From: Tubiluchus corallicola
Lineage: Eukaryota > Animalia > Priapulida
Assembly: GCA_030141605.1 (NCBI GenBank)
Contig: JAQGDQ010000086.1
Span: 1 to 55,790, forward strand
DNA: 55,790 bases
Direction of reading: 5' to 3'
Under the pieces are notes generated by a model, which saw nothing but the letters and a program-made list of their open reading frames with translations, had not been told where the DNA came from and did not search any database. The position numbers and the translations under genes were made by a program. This document shows positions 1-13,112 of this stretch, in pieces (position 1 is the stretch's first letter; every line of letters starts with the position of its first letter).

Positions 1-690
1 ATGAACTGAACAGAGCTTTAACTTACTCGCACAACTGATTTGTGTTTTATTCTGGCAAAACATATTTTGTTTAATATGTTGTCTTTTGCATAATCAATTT
101 TATGTTATTGTTGTTAAAACTATAAGAGGCAAAATTGTGGAGTATTAATAATGATGGTTTGACAGAATTGTTCTGGAAAGTGCACATGCTCAATTGTTGC
201 AGATTTTTAAATGTCACAGCTAAAGTGATTGGAACAAGTAACCAATATTTAATTAGCTGTTAATTATCTTTTTTAATCCTGTATTAAGACTAACTGACCA
301 GGTGACGTTCACCTCCTTTAATAACATGTTTTGTGAATCAAATTTTGTAGGCAATAAATATGAGTTATAAGAATCTGTTAGTTTAATATTTCGTATTATG
401 ATTCTAAACAATTCGGTCTAAACTGTTATGATTCTTTCAAATTCATTATTGTCAAAATATACCAGTACCGTTGTAGCCGTCCCATTTTGCGTGTGCCTGT
501 GAATGTATGTGTGAGGGTGCGTGGAGACAGATCTGGGTGACTGTGTGTGTACACATGAATGCATGTATATTTTTGTAGTTGTTTAAAAGTATAAACTACG
601 TAAGTTAATCTACATCCTTATAATGCATTTATGAACTGAAATCTTAATAATTGCTTAGAAGAGTTTCGATCAACATGTGATTATTTTTAA

Positions 691-1198
691 TATTCGTGTA
701 TTTTTTGTAAATAATTTATGCCTATGTAATCAGGGACTTAAATTTTTATACATATATCATTATTGATTGTCTGCATTGCTTACTAATATGAATAACTGTT
801 ATTAAAATAGGTGAATATAAAATTGAAAAGGATGTACGTGATTACATGTGCATACACATGTATAATTATAATTACATGTGTGCATTTGCAGGTGTGTGCC
901 TTTGTGTATGAATAATGTATTCAGTGATGTAAAACAATGGAATTAAGAACAATGTTGTATTCGTGTATCTTTTGTAAATAATTTTTGCCTATGTAATCAA
1001 TTTTTATACAATTATAATTATTGATTGTCTGCATTACTAATATGAATAGCCTTTATTAAAATAGGTGAATATAAAATTGAACAAGATGTACATGATTACA
1101 CGTGCATACATGTGTATAATTATAATTACGTGTGCCTTTGTGTATGAATGATGTATTCAGTGATGTAAAATAATGAAGTTAATAACAATGCTGTATTC
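691..1198. repeat. Tandem duplication, 2 diverged copies of a ~250-270 bp unit
   Basis: tattcgtgtat..ttgtaaataattt..gcctatgtaatc starts at 691 and 958, and the copies stay collinear to ...tattcagtgatgtaaaa..aacaatg. Confidence 0.9.
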
Positions 1199-1954
1199 TA
1201 TTTTATCATAATCATGTTGTTATTTGTTGTTTTTGCATACATTCCAGTACTTATGACAGGGCCTACTTAATGTGGATAGTTGTGGCTGGGCAAGAACTTT
1301 GCTTGTTATCACCAAGATTAGACAGTGAACCATAAGAGGTGTTTCGGCCACATTTGGATATCAGTATATCATTTCCCAATCTACAAGGTAAAAAAGTACA
1401 ATGATACTGCCGAGTCAGCCTCAGCATTGCTTAACTTTAGTTGCTAAACATATACCGTGACCATTCAGCTATTTACCAACCCCTTAAAATAGCTTTATTT
1501 TTTTGGTTTATTTATGTGTGGTCAAGCAAATTAATCCTAGAAGCGAGCCATTGCATCTTACGCTTCGTCGTAAGTGGCATTAAGAACTTAGATACTGCTC
1601 TTGAATTCAACGCGTCCAAAAATAACTGTTTGAATTAACATTTTCTGCCAGTAATCCATCATAACTGAACCTTCAATTGGCATTGTATCACTTCGGGTAC
1701 AAATTCTAGTTCTAAATTTGTACAAAGCACATTTTAGAACAATAAGTGGCACATGAAAGTGAACTAAAAAGCAAAAATTTTCGTAACATATTAACTGACA
1801 TTAATATATCAGTGCGTGCAACTGTATTTTTCGAGGAAAAGCCACAATTTTAAATAGATATTTTACGGTGATATTAAAGAAAAGCAATTTTAATTCAGTG
1901 ACATGGACTAAAAGTGGTTATTATAATTAATTTATATACGATTTGGCTGCGGTT

Positions 1955-2020
1955 TTACCGGAAACTGTCTTCACGTAAAATCCATAATTGAACAGCAGTA
2001 GATCGGATGCGCATGCGCAC
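1955..2020. promoter_or_regulatory. Candidate promoter with NRF-1 and ETS-like motifs
   Basis: Perfect TGCGCATGCGCA at 2008-2019 and ACCGGAAA at ~1957 in otherwise AT-rich DNA. Confidence 0.35.
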
Positions 2021-3479
2021 TGCTTTCTTCTTTGTACGTCATTCGATTAAAACTGATTAATAGTCATGCAGACTGCGGCAGCATGTGACAGGATTAGCAA
2101 GACACAATAGGGCATATATCTGATACGTGTATGTTGTGTACGTGATGTTGATGTAGGTTCACTTTAATATTATCTAATCATAAAATTATATATAGATAGC
2201 CGATTACATTGAACATGTTCCTCATATTATCATGGGTGCCGCAATAACGTATAATAACGTGAAAATGTATAATGACGATGTATTATAACATTTATATAAA
2301 TATTGTATTTATAATAATATGAATTTTATGACCTGCATGTTAGAGTAAATATTACAATTATTTAAAATAAAATAATGAAATTCTAAACCTTCTACCCGAT
2401 TTTAATGTTATGTTTCCAGATAATTATGTTCCCAGAGATATTGTATGCTCGTCTGGCACAGTAGACTGGCTCCACTATTTTCAGGAACTAGAAGGGTGGG
2501 GTACATGGGGTTTTAAAAAAGTGCTTTGCCATTTTTTGTTTGATATAACCTCACAAATTTAGATACGGATCCGTATTTTCTAGTCAGCAACATTCGGTAT
2601 ATGGATCGACCTGCATTCTCTAGTTAATGCCTTTCGTGACATGGATCCGTATCATTAATTAAGGCCTTAAACTTATCCTAATCTGATGCCAGACGGCTTG
2701 TGCTACAACATTTCAACGTCGGTGCTATATCGTTGAAGTAAAACGTTTGGCTTCCTGTGCCCTACCTTAATTTAAAGGTGAAAATTCAAGTTCGGGTGCC
2801 AGAACTTTAAGGCAAAAAAGTTCAGATCCGGAAACGGACCTCAATGTAGCGTAGCCACATTGAAATCTGAATTTTAAGACACAGTCCAGTAAGTGTTTAC
2901 ATTTTTCCCTCATCGTGTAGTGAAGAAGTGGAACAGTTTGCCAAAAGAACACAGTTAGTTGATCGAATTTAAACCCTTTTAAGGAGAGATTAGAACTTCA
3001 CAATAGTCGTGCTTTAGGAAGCCAAATTTCTGATGAAATATTATGAAAGATGGCAATTAAGAGAATGTATTTTAAATTTATGATTCAAGATTAAATTATT
3101 ATCTCAGTTAAAACTGAGTGAGGTGTGGCACATCACGCTATCATCAGTTGATTGTTGGTCACGACTATAGATTTGATGACGCAGCTCCTATGCCCAGAAG
3201 TTCAGTGCGCACTAGGTAAGTAAACAAAAAAGGAATTGGAGTCCGCACCTCGGGGCAGATTAGGAGCTGATTTGAAGACCGAGGGCTAGCATGTGTTTCT
3301 CGCTGTTTACACTTGTACTTGATGTTGAATAAATATAAATAAAGCTGTGTTCGTTTGCTATGCCCTCTCGGCTGTTCACATGCAATCATGACGAGCCACA
3401 CAGCCACCGCAGCAATAAACAACAATAAACAGCAGCTATAAACTATCACAAACTCAAACTTTTTTACTATGGCGATATT

Positions 3480-4920
3480 CGTTTAGTTCTAGGAATTGGA
3501 ACTTCCGACAGGCAGTTACGCATTGTTTTTTACTGTGTATGAGGTCTCACGTTTCTGTTAACCTGATAAAGTTGTCCCCTTATAATGCCGTTTTCCCATC
3601 TGAGTAATGATGCTCTTAAAGAATGTCACGGTCACCATCTAACAATTGTCAATTTGGTTTATGTATGCGACTAGTTTGCAGAGATCAGTGCCATTTCATT
3701 CAATTTGCGAAATATAGCCAAGATGATTCCTTGCACGCTATGGAACGCTTACAAGACATTAACTCAATAATAAAGTAAACGTATGTTTGCTGCGGACATC
3801 TACTCACTGACAGCTTCACGCGTTGCCTCTTCATCAGTTAAGATTAGATTTTTTACTTATGTTTCTCTTTCAGTAAGTGCACGTCAACACTAATTTACTT
3901 CAATATTATGACTTTGTTTATGAAGTTTCCGCCAAGTCTGTCCTTTCACGCCAGTCTTGCTTTGTACGTTGTCGAATGTGGCCTGACATGAAATACAATC
4001 GCGCAAGTTTATGAAGATACATTCCATTTACTTGTAGAATACACCATGAAGCCCTTTGTTCAGCCGGCTTCCATATAAATAAGATTTGAACCATCTGGAA
4101 CGCACAGGTTTTTGCATTTTTGCAATAAGCTTGTTATTCAGTTGTTCTGCCACTAGAGAGCGTAGTAGCAGTTACTGATTGTAAAATGCATGCAGATACC
4201 TCCTCCAGCTCTGTGACTGCAGGAAGCAATGACATTTCTACTTCAGGAGCTTTGATTGTTGCTTCCTGTTAATTTTACCTGTTTTTTCTTGTCAAACTTT
4301 TTGTTGTGTTAGTACACTGCCTTTTTAGATTTTTCCAGTTCTCCGTTTGTTCTGTTGTCCTTTACAACGCCAGATTTTTTAAACGCTCATCACGCTACAT
4401 TCTGGAAGGCACTCAAATGCAGGGCGCAAAGAAGATGACTGTGTGCCTTGGTTATGCGAACCTTCAAACAATTTGATGTTTGGCAATGTAAACTAGTACT
4501 TCTGCTTGCGGCACGCTAGAGGATAGACTATGGAATTAACTTGGTATATGTTAGACTAACAAAGGTTTTGTGGAGAGAGCTTTTCTGAAGCTTTGCTGCA
4601 TTTTTTGCATATGCGTGAATTGTTTTCCACACATTTTTTATACATAGTTCGACACTTTGTAAGGATTTGGCCCGGGTGACTTATTTTATGTTGATGGTTG
4701 TGTCAGGACTGAGGACCCGATTCTTGATCATAATCTGACAACACGGCAGGATGAGACACTGAGTCGACAAAGTTGCCTTAAATTCCTTTACACTATGCAA
4801 AAATTACTCTACCCGTAGAGGGCTTTTTAGATCCGGATAATTGTAAACAGTCGAACAGCCGCGAGGACTACTATGAGCAGCTGATTTTCATGACTCCGTC
4901 ACAGAAGATGTACACGTCCA
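3480..4920 (-). mobile_element. Highly decayed Gypsy-like LTR retrotransposon remnant (gag/RT fragments)
   Basis: Frameshifted minus-strand fragments in gag-to-pol order: LRQLC..IMIKNR; MCGKQ..AYAK/KCSK (zinc-knuckle-like); RNVIASCS..GGGIC; TCAFQ..FIWK/RLNKGLHGVFYK*MECIF (resembles RT TAF..WKRLPMGL..FQR.ME). No LTRs identified. Confidence 0.45.
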
Positions 4921-7419
4921 AAACTCGTTTTAATTTTGTAATAATTAATTTTCCCTTTTTGTGACACTGCATAGCTATTAGTCAGAGCGACGATCGAGCC
5001 AAACCAAACACTTTTCATTGACCGTGGACTCTGACAATCTGTTTTTAATGACATGGAGGTAAAAGATTCCTATACCTACATGTAGCGTAAACGCGGTTTT
5101 AGCAACTTTCGATTTAAGTTTTTATCAACTTTAGTCTTTCGCCACTCTTCCCTTGAATTGTATTTTTTAGTTTAGTAAAAACTAGAAATGTGATATTTAT
5201 AAAACGGAAAATAAAATGAATCTGAATCTTCCGGACTCGTATACGTATTCCTTTAATGACCTAAATATCCAGGGACGGTATTAGGTAAAAAAATCCCAGT
5301 TGAGCGAAATGTTACAACTTACTCCTAGAAATTTTGTAGCACTTTTTGGTGTTTTTGTTGTAGTCTGAAATTATGCCTTTATTCAACTCCTGCAGTTTTA
5401 TCCAACCATGCTAGTACACATGATCAGCGTACTTTAGTTACATACCACTTTATCATACCATGTTAGTTACACACAACAGCATTTCTAAAATTTAATGATA
5501 ATTTAAAATTTTTATTGCATTATCATTTAGTTCAACGTTGTCTTTGACGATGCATTTTTAAACGGAAACCGACTGAAGCTGAAACACTGCCTACTGAATT
5601 TATTCTCCAAGCTACTTGGAAATGCAGTTTTATAACAAGTATCGCTTAACTACCATGGGGCTAAGAAGGAAGAGGGATGAGAGAAAGCAATAAATCTCAT
5701 TTTTCATTGCAACTGTTTACGCTAAACAAGAATGGTACTTTTTATTTCAACAGATGTAACTAAAGCAAATGGCCTCATGCTTTTATGTTTTAGATTTTTG
5801 AAATTGTAATTGAACAGAGGCCCAGGCTCCGTGTCTAATACATACTAACTACATATGATATAGATTGGCTTCTGGGAGCGTTTGGCCAAGTTCAGTGTAA
5901 GCAGCCTAGTTACAATCAGTGGATCAGTGTTGAAGTTCAGTTTTAGTTTGAAGTTTCAGTGTGGTTGTTGTCCTGCACATAACAATTTGGTTTTTTAATA
6001 ATAATTCGTGATTTGTTTTTACTATGTTTACCTAAATGGCGTTTGAATGAAAGCAAATATAAATTGCTTATAAAACTACAAGTCAAAACACCTGTAAAGA
6101 ATTTTTATTAGTTAAATACACGTGAAATTAAAACAACATAGACTAGTTAAAGCCATGCACTATATCCAACCCCGTACAACTACGCCACATCTAGACTCAT
6201 CAGGAGGAACCTGCATCTTTGCATTTCGGACTCTTCAATGCTCAAACCCGGCAGCGTGTGGCCGGATGCACAGCTTCGCTAGAATGACTACAAAAGCGAA
6301 AGCTGAGCGTCCTTCCTAAGAGTAGCCAATCAAACTAACTCACCCGCGCGAAATACCAAAAAAAGTATCCTTTCACAACTATCCTTCCTTTCTTTCTGCT
6401 GGCAAGTGACATAATTCAGGCTACGTTATGCCTTGTCAGTCGTTTCGAAGTCAGGCCTTGCTGGTACTTCGAGCATAGCTCACATGTAGGCAAGTGGACA
6501 ATTAACCGTCAGAGCTAAAGCAAAATAATAGTACCTAAAGATACACGTTTAATGTTGAGTAGCATTGCTACTATATTCATTTCTATCGCTAATCAAGCGA
6601 CTTAAACAAGGTTCATTTCATTAACGTTGTTAATGGACAAACGCGTGTTTATACCCCAAAGAATCCTTAATTATTCTAATTATAAATCCAATGCTAAAAC
6701 AAAATAATTAAGGTACATGTAGGCCTAACAGTAATTACAAAAATATATGTATGTAAACTGTAAAAGAAATAAATCAATATGCAAATAAATAACAAAATAA
6801 TAAAAATAGTAAAAGAAAAGCAAAAAGAAATTTATATTAGCAAATAACAATGATAATAACAACAACCCTAAAATAAATACATAATTAGAATAAATAAATA
6901 AACGGGACAACAGCATATTTTTATTTCATCACGACAATACAAACATCAATACAATATGTCCTTTACAACAAAGCATGATATGATAGTCACAGTACACTTT
7001 ATCATTATAGTAATATTTTAATAAAATGAGCCGGCATGACATCCATATAAATTGTTGCTTGCACTATAGTAAACGTTTACAGCGTATGTTTTGCAACGTT
7101 TACTCTATGTCTTTATAGACTAATTATAGTAATGGTGTGATAAATAGACTGCGTATATATTGCATACAACAATGGTATCAGAAAGCTGTTTTGCTTGAAG
7201 TGCGATTGCAGTGCTTCTGGCAAGTGTCTAAACCTATATCTATCTTTAGTCATATTCGCAGAAGATCATGTTATAGCGCTCGAAATAAGTTACTATTGTA
7301 CACTGACAACAGTATTATAACTGCTATTATTAACTCATATTGACCTGTTAAATTTTGCTTTTTTATGAAATAGAACGAATTAGTACACGTTCTATGAAAT
7401 AGAACGAAAATATATATAT

Positions 7420-7546
7420 ATATTTGCTCTTATAATTTTTTATTTCATTGTATTTTGTTTCATTTTAGTACCGTATTTGTACTTTATATGGCCTTAGTTG
7501 CAGAAATAAAAATTTGAATTGTATTGAAAAATTGAATTGAATTGAA
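7420..7546 (+). mobile_element. LINE 3' tail
   Basis: T-rich UTR-like stretch, then AATAAA followed by (TTGAA)n, typical of CR1/L2-group 3' ends. Confidence 0.5.
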
Positions 7547-8330
7547 TATAGTCAAGAAGCATTGTTTGTGCGACTATAATTCCTCTAACAGTGCAGGTAT
7601 TAGTGGAATTATAGTGAAAAAAGGGAAGGTAAAAAAGTGAAAATTATAACGGAGAGTGCAGGAGATGGGAGTTAGTAAGTTTAAGTTAGTGAAATAATTT
7701 GAACGAGAACGAATATGGGACTGAAAAGCCATACATACAGGCCTACTACTATCAGAAATTAAAACTAAATTAGGCCCAATTTAACAAAACCTTGTTTACC
7801 AGAAATCTACCCAAACTTTCTCAAGCAAGTATCTCGAAACATACGATCACTGGCCTTCAGTAGACCTAATCTTGGGTTTCCCCTACTTAACATAATCTCG
7901 ATCAGTTTTAAGACTCTCAATAAAAACTTTTTCTTTACTGTATATAATCCTTGCAAACCTAAGTAGCCGACTAGCAGAAATTTTGAAATCTAGTTCAAAA
8001 AGACTGTTACTCTAGGAAAAGTACACTCTACCACAGAAAATGGTTACGAAAGACTTCCGTTTTAATATGAACTTCCTCAACAGCTACATCCAAATAACCT
8101 TCGTGGCTATCATCAGCCCCACCACTTGGACAACTCTTGTGAATAATGTTGTTAAAAAATTCTAAATAACCAAACAAATGTCATCAATATATCTATAGGT
8201 GAGTGAAAGCTTTTCAGCCAGACCCAGTTCTTATCCTTAAGAAGCTACTGCGTAAATGAAAACTCACAGTAACACAAGAGAATGTCATCTAATAACGTAC
8301 TACAATTGCCCCACGTAGGAATTTCTTTAA

Positions 8331-8976
8331 AAGAAAACAGGACGATTTTCCACATCCTCTACTACACTTTGAAGCAAGGGAAAAAGTATACATTTTAACG
8401 CATACAATAATGCCAAAGCGCTTATGATAATTAAATTATAGGTTAAAAACCTTAATTAATGGTGGGCGAGCCCAACTAATGATGATTTCACAACTGCGCA
8501 TAATTTTCAACAGCATAAATATTCAACGAGCAGGTTGCACGTGTTTACTAAAGCAAAAATGAAAGTACAGTACTACTACATAACATTCAATGTGATATAA
8601 AGAAAACTCGACAAATTTTAAGTTTAAAATTCAGATTTCAAGTTTACCGCTGTGGTGAAGCAGGAGCTCTAGAACGTGTGCACTACGTCACAACTGAATA
8701 CCTACATCTGAACTGAAAGGTACAGCACATATTTCTTGTGCAATGCGTTTCCGAGATGTAGGCGCTAGTACCCGTCTAACTAGCGAATGGTGAAAAACAT
8801 GTAACAGCAAAGAACTAGCTACATGCAAAATTACGTGTCTGTAGTAATAATTATTTGACGTAAGTCATTCTTAAAAAAGTGAAACTGAAACGTAAACCTA
8901 AACGTAAACATTCCATGTCAATATTTTATAGATTAGATTTTCTGAGCTGTAGTTTGAAACTAGGTCGGATTGTCCT
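8331..8976. mobile_element. Non-autonomous DNA transposon (Kolobok-like MITE, TTAA TSD), copy A
   Basis: Flanked by TTAA at 8327-8330 and 8977-8980; 8327-8515 aligns by eye with the reverse complement of ~29480-29665. Confidence 0.7.
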
Positions 8977-9667
8977 TTAATCTACTGAAAACAGCCCCAG
9001 AAAAACTAACATATGAATCAGAATATGAATGGCTATCGATTGCTATCGAAATATTTTATAACCTGAATAATTAATTCTTGTAAAAAGACTTTGTCGTAAC
9101 CTATACGCACATATTTGTTCCACTAAACACAATATCCAGAATCTGAAAAATTCCATTAACTAGTTCTAAATCCAGATTCGTACAAAGTGTTGAAGATTCA
9201 AAAACCTAAATGAAATTTGCAACTACACCTTTAATTTTGTAGTAAGTGTACTTTGTAGTAAGTATGACCCATCACAATGAAAATTTGCTTTTTTAAGTTA
9301 GCAATCGATTTTTTTAGTATCTTTAAATCAAAGTTTCAGTGAATTTCGTTTTAACATTTAGCGCAATTTGCTATTTATAATATTTTACAGGTTAAGTTCT
9401 AGATCACACAAGGAGGTACGTAAAAGCATTCAGGCTCAGTATTGTTTAAATTTAACTGCTTTTTATAACATTTGATAAATTTTGTTTATCTATTACGTTT
9501 TTCAATAGTAGTACGCGTTGTATATGAACATTGTAAAAAATGGAAAAAATAAAGAAAAAGAAGAAAAGAAAAACAAAATAAGCAAAAAAGGGAAAAAGGA
9601 AGAAAAGAAAAAGGAAAGCAAAAACAAACAATATTTTTCGCATCCGGCAGAAAAATCAGTAAAAATC

Positions 9668-11221
9668 TCAAACAAAAAGTTCTTTACTATTGGCTGGCTG
9701 GTCAGATTTTTTCAGGTTATCATTGCTGTACCCGGTCTTTGCAGTCGCACCTGCAGAAAGCATGAACTTGGAGCTAGTTCCAGCGAGACGTGAAGGTTCC
9801 GAACTACGTGATACGTCGCTTACAGTATTTTTCTTCCTACAAAAGACTTCCACGAGACTTTTCCTGTAACTCGGACAGATGAAAGTGTACATGTACATGT
9901 TCATGGCCTGATTCATGAATACCAGTGTGTTGGCCACATATCTGACAGAGGCAAAAACTGGATCTTTCAACAGCGAGTGGTTGGCCCTGCGTGCGAGTGC
10001 GACAATCGTATTTGGCAAAGTGAAAATGATGAAAATGACAGATGCTGTTGCCAAGAGGACCAAGAGATGGCGCTCATCACGATTGGTCTTCATTTGTCGA
10101 GTAGAGCGGATTTCGTTGACCATCTGGACACGTCGGACCGTCTTTTTGTGAAAGGACCGCATTGTGAGCGGATTGAAAATTACAACGCACAGGGTGGTCA
10201 TAATTTGTCCAAACAATGCTCTTGCCCAGGCGTAGAAGTATTTGTATGCTGGATGATTAACATAGTAGCTGATTGGTTTATAAACGTATGTGGTCTCTCC
10301 CGTTGCCGGATCTGGTTCCGATTCGACGACCATGTTTCGAAAAAAATCAGGAAATACCAAAAGGAGCGAAAAAGTGAAAGCAAATAAGATGATGGAATTG
10401 ATAATGTTTTTGTTTCTGACAGTTTTAATTGAAAATGGATGAGACACGGCAATGTATCTGTCCAGCGTCAATGCAACAACTAGATAGTTACTTGCAAATT
10501 TAAACCAGTTAAGACAAGTGATACTGATATGTCCAACATACCAAGCCGTCGCGTAGTTCCAAGGTTTGAGGATATTGCAGAGGCTGGTGGAGTAAAAGAA
10601 AGGTACAGAAGTGAAATCAGCCACTGACATCCACAGCAAGTACCGGTAAGAAATAGAATGGAAACTGTTGCTACGGCTAAAAACAATGATGTTTATCGAA
10701 TTCCCCACGAATCCAAAAACAAAAATTAATGGCGATGCTACATGCGACATGAAATGTCGAACTGACTTGGCAACTTCTTTTCCGCGCGAACTTTCCTCAT
10801 TGTTGGTCTGTACATTTCCGCCATTTGTATTATCATCATTCGCAATGTGGTTGACTGTGCGGTTTACATGTTGCCCTGTCATGACGTTGCTGGTGACGTT
10901 TAAGACATCAACGTAATTACTTAATTTAATACCATTGTTGCTTTGGTATTCTATTCTCTGTCCAGGAATCTTTGTTTTAATACAACCGTCTGCAAAGCTG
11001 TGGTTTCTTTCATTTACTTCATGTTGTTCATCAATGCCTTTAGGAATACATATGGATAAGTTAGCCTTCTCTTGCACAAAAGTTTCACTACTGTGTTTAG
11101 AATACGCGTGTTGGGTTTTATTGGCAACTTCGTGGATTTTGGAGCCATCAGCAATATGAAGCAATATTCCCACCGCAGCACCGCACCAAATAAAAGTTCC
11201 AACTGCATGTATAAAGAGCAT
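9668..11221 (-). CDS. Class A (rhodopsin-like) GPCR, FMRFamide/peptide-receptor-like, with signal peptide and long N-terminus
   Basis: 517-aa uninterrupted ORF; seven hydrophobic segments; TM1 GFVGN, TM2 SVAD, TM3 LTLDRYIAVSHP, TM6 FTLP, TM7 NQAMNMYMY, helix-8 SYRKSL. Confidence 0.93.
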   Translation of the reverse strand: MLFIHAVGTFIWCGAAVGILLHIADGSKIHEVANKTQHAYSKHSSETFVQEKANLSICIPKGIDEQHEVNERNHSFADGCIKTKIPGQRIEYQSNNGIKLSNYVDVLNVTSNVMTGQHVNRTVNHIANDDNTNGGNVQTNNEESSRGKEVAKSVRHFMSHVASPLIFVFGFVGNSINIIVFSRSNSFHSISYRYLLWMSVADFTSVPFFYSTSLCNILKPWNYATAWYVGHISITCLNWFKFASNYLVVALTLDRYIAVSHPFSIKTVRNKNIINSIILFAFTFSLLLVFPDFFRNMVVESEPDPATGETTYVYKPISYYVNHPAYKYFYAWARALFGQIMTTLCVVIFNPLTMRSFHKKTVRRVQMVNEIRSTRQMKTNRDERHLLVLLATASVIFIIFTLPNTIVALARRANHSLLKDPVFASVRYVANTLVFMNQAMNMYMYTFICPSYRKSLVEVFCRKKNTVSDVSRSSEPSRLAGTSSKFMLSAGATAKTGYSNDNLKKSDQPANSKELFV

Positions 11222-11639
11222 AATGTTATTTCAATAGGCCCATACAAATTAATGTGCGCTAACAAATAAGTCACACGGACAAAGCCTAACTGTGTGATGT
11301 TGAATAATGAGGCGCGCGATAGCTTGAAAGTTTTATCTCATGTTATACGCAGATGCTAGATGCTAAAAATGAGTGACAGCTCTGCGCAGGAAAAAGGCAT
11401 AACTTAACCTCCAAGCCCACGATCTCGACCTCGATTACATTCTTTTTACTTATTTTTATTTATTGTCATTTATGCATATATTAAAATATTAAAGAAAGAA
11501 ATCAGCAAGCGCAGGCGCACTGGCGCTGATCCTATAATAACAAAATAACGCACGAAAATAAAAACTAAAAAACTATACCCCAAAATTGAATATGTCTCAT
11601 TAAAAGGCTCCCAAACATGTAATTAAATATGAAATATAT

Positions 11640-11930
11640 ACTCTGTACAGTATGAATTATATAATGTGGCATGGAGAGAACCAATTAGGCCTGTAATAAT
11701 CTTACATGTTTCGGACAAAGTTACAAGAAGGCAGTAAATTAACGTTACCTGATCAATTGTTAAAAGCTGACAAACTGTAGCATTAACTACAGAGAATCCA
11801 AAGCATTCCAAATGTTTACAATTCTGTACAACGCAATACATGGTTTGGGAGCTTCGTATGCGAGCTTATAATGGGAATTGGATAAAATAAACAAAGGAAG
11901 CTCGCCATTGAAATGTCAAGGGAGCAAATT
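11640..11930 (-). mobile_element. CR1-like LINE 3' fragment
   Basis: Minus strand reads YRIVNIWNALDS/VVNAT, matching the CR1 ORF2 C-terminal RVVNxWNxLP..VV.A motif. Confidence 0.55.
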
Positions 11931-13009
11931 TAGCAGCGAACATTTTAATGAGTTAAAACCGACACTTTCAAAATGTCTTTAGTTAAATTATTTCAAGCCT
12001 CTCGTGTAGGTAGCTTGATTCCAGACATTTTTATTATTGTTGATTCTTGTCATTATCATGATGTTCACAAAAAGTTATTAGTAAAATGAGCTACGAGCGA
12101 CTTTCAAATATAATGTTACGTTATACATTCATTGATTTCTAAGAAAGATAAGCGTTTGAAACCCCATTCTTTGGAGCAAGAAATTCTTTTGCCCTGTTAG
12201 ATTATTAGCCCCCCCCCCCCCGATAATTCGTTGTGTTCGTGAGTGAATGGCACGCAAAAGTGATAATATGGACAAGTGTGAATGACAATTTTGCTCGATA
12301 CAAATGAAATCGTATTACGTAATTGATATGTTTTCCTGGCGACTTTTCCCCCTATGAGATTTTTCCTGGGTACGTTGCACAACGTTGATTGTTTATTGTT
12401 TTCCATCAGGAAAGCATGATAGTCTCGACGCACTACACTCATCAGTCTCACGAAGGCAACTTTGAATGTCATTCAGTCATGACATTTTTGAGTGTCAGTC
12501 TAGACGGGACATCAGTATAAAATCTGCATTAAAAGTGCCCACGGCTCTCAAGCTCATTATTGAAGAGCTAACATTGCCCCATCAATACCAATGATAGTCT
12601 TTTTATGCCTAAGCTCAGCTTTACGGTTTAGTGCTGTAAATGAATGTATAAAAATATAAGATTATAGCTAACGACGTTTAAAACCAAATTTTATTTGTTA
12701 CTTCTAATTACTTTTCTGCCTTTTTTCATGCAAAAAATTATTAGAGGATTAAGAAGCACAACAAAAAACACAACTCAGTCACTTAATTATATACATGCCT
12801 AGGTCTAATTATTATTGAATATATACCAATTAGATAATTTACTAAAACATTATTGAACTTGATCTGATCTATACAGGAACAGATCTGCACTAGTGGCCAG
12901 AGCATGAATGTATTAACTGTGATCATATTGGAAGAGGTTGAACGTGGTAAAATTTTTCACCAATAATTTTAATCTCAGTATTAGTAAGATGTTCAGAAAT
13001 TCAATTTGT

Positions 13010-13112
13010 AATATTGATAAACTGGAGTCTTCCTCTTCCGCGGGAAATAGTTTAGGCCTCAAATATTGATAAACTGAAGTCTTCCTCTTCCGCGAGAAAT
13101 AGCTTAGGCCTC
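13010..13112. repeat. Tandem duplication, 2 x ~52 bp
   Basis: aatattgataaactg[g/a]agtcttcctcttccgcg[g/a]gaaatag[t/c]ttaggcctc twice. Confidence 0.92.

Noticed and set aside
1248-1387. Exon-like segment with acceptor and donor
   Set aside because: Stops in all three plus frames; cannot be supported as coding
2562-2653. Short inverted repeat gatacggatcc ... ggatccgtatc
   Set aside because: Only ~11 bp with no TSD or second copy in the window; insufficient to call an element
9452-9793. Phe-rich and Lys-rich ORFs beside the GPCR stop
   Set aside because: Low-complexity A-rich tract in the GPCR 3' region
12415-12460. Possible hammerhead ribozyme (CTGATGA on minus)
   Set aside because: Followed by GAGAC rather than GAAAC and no convincing stem II
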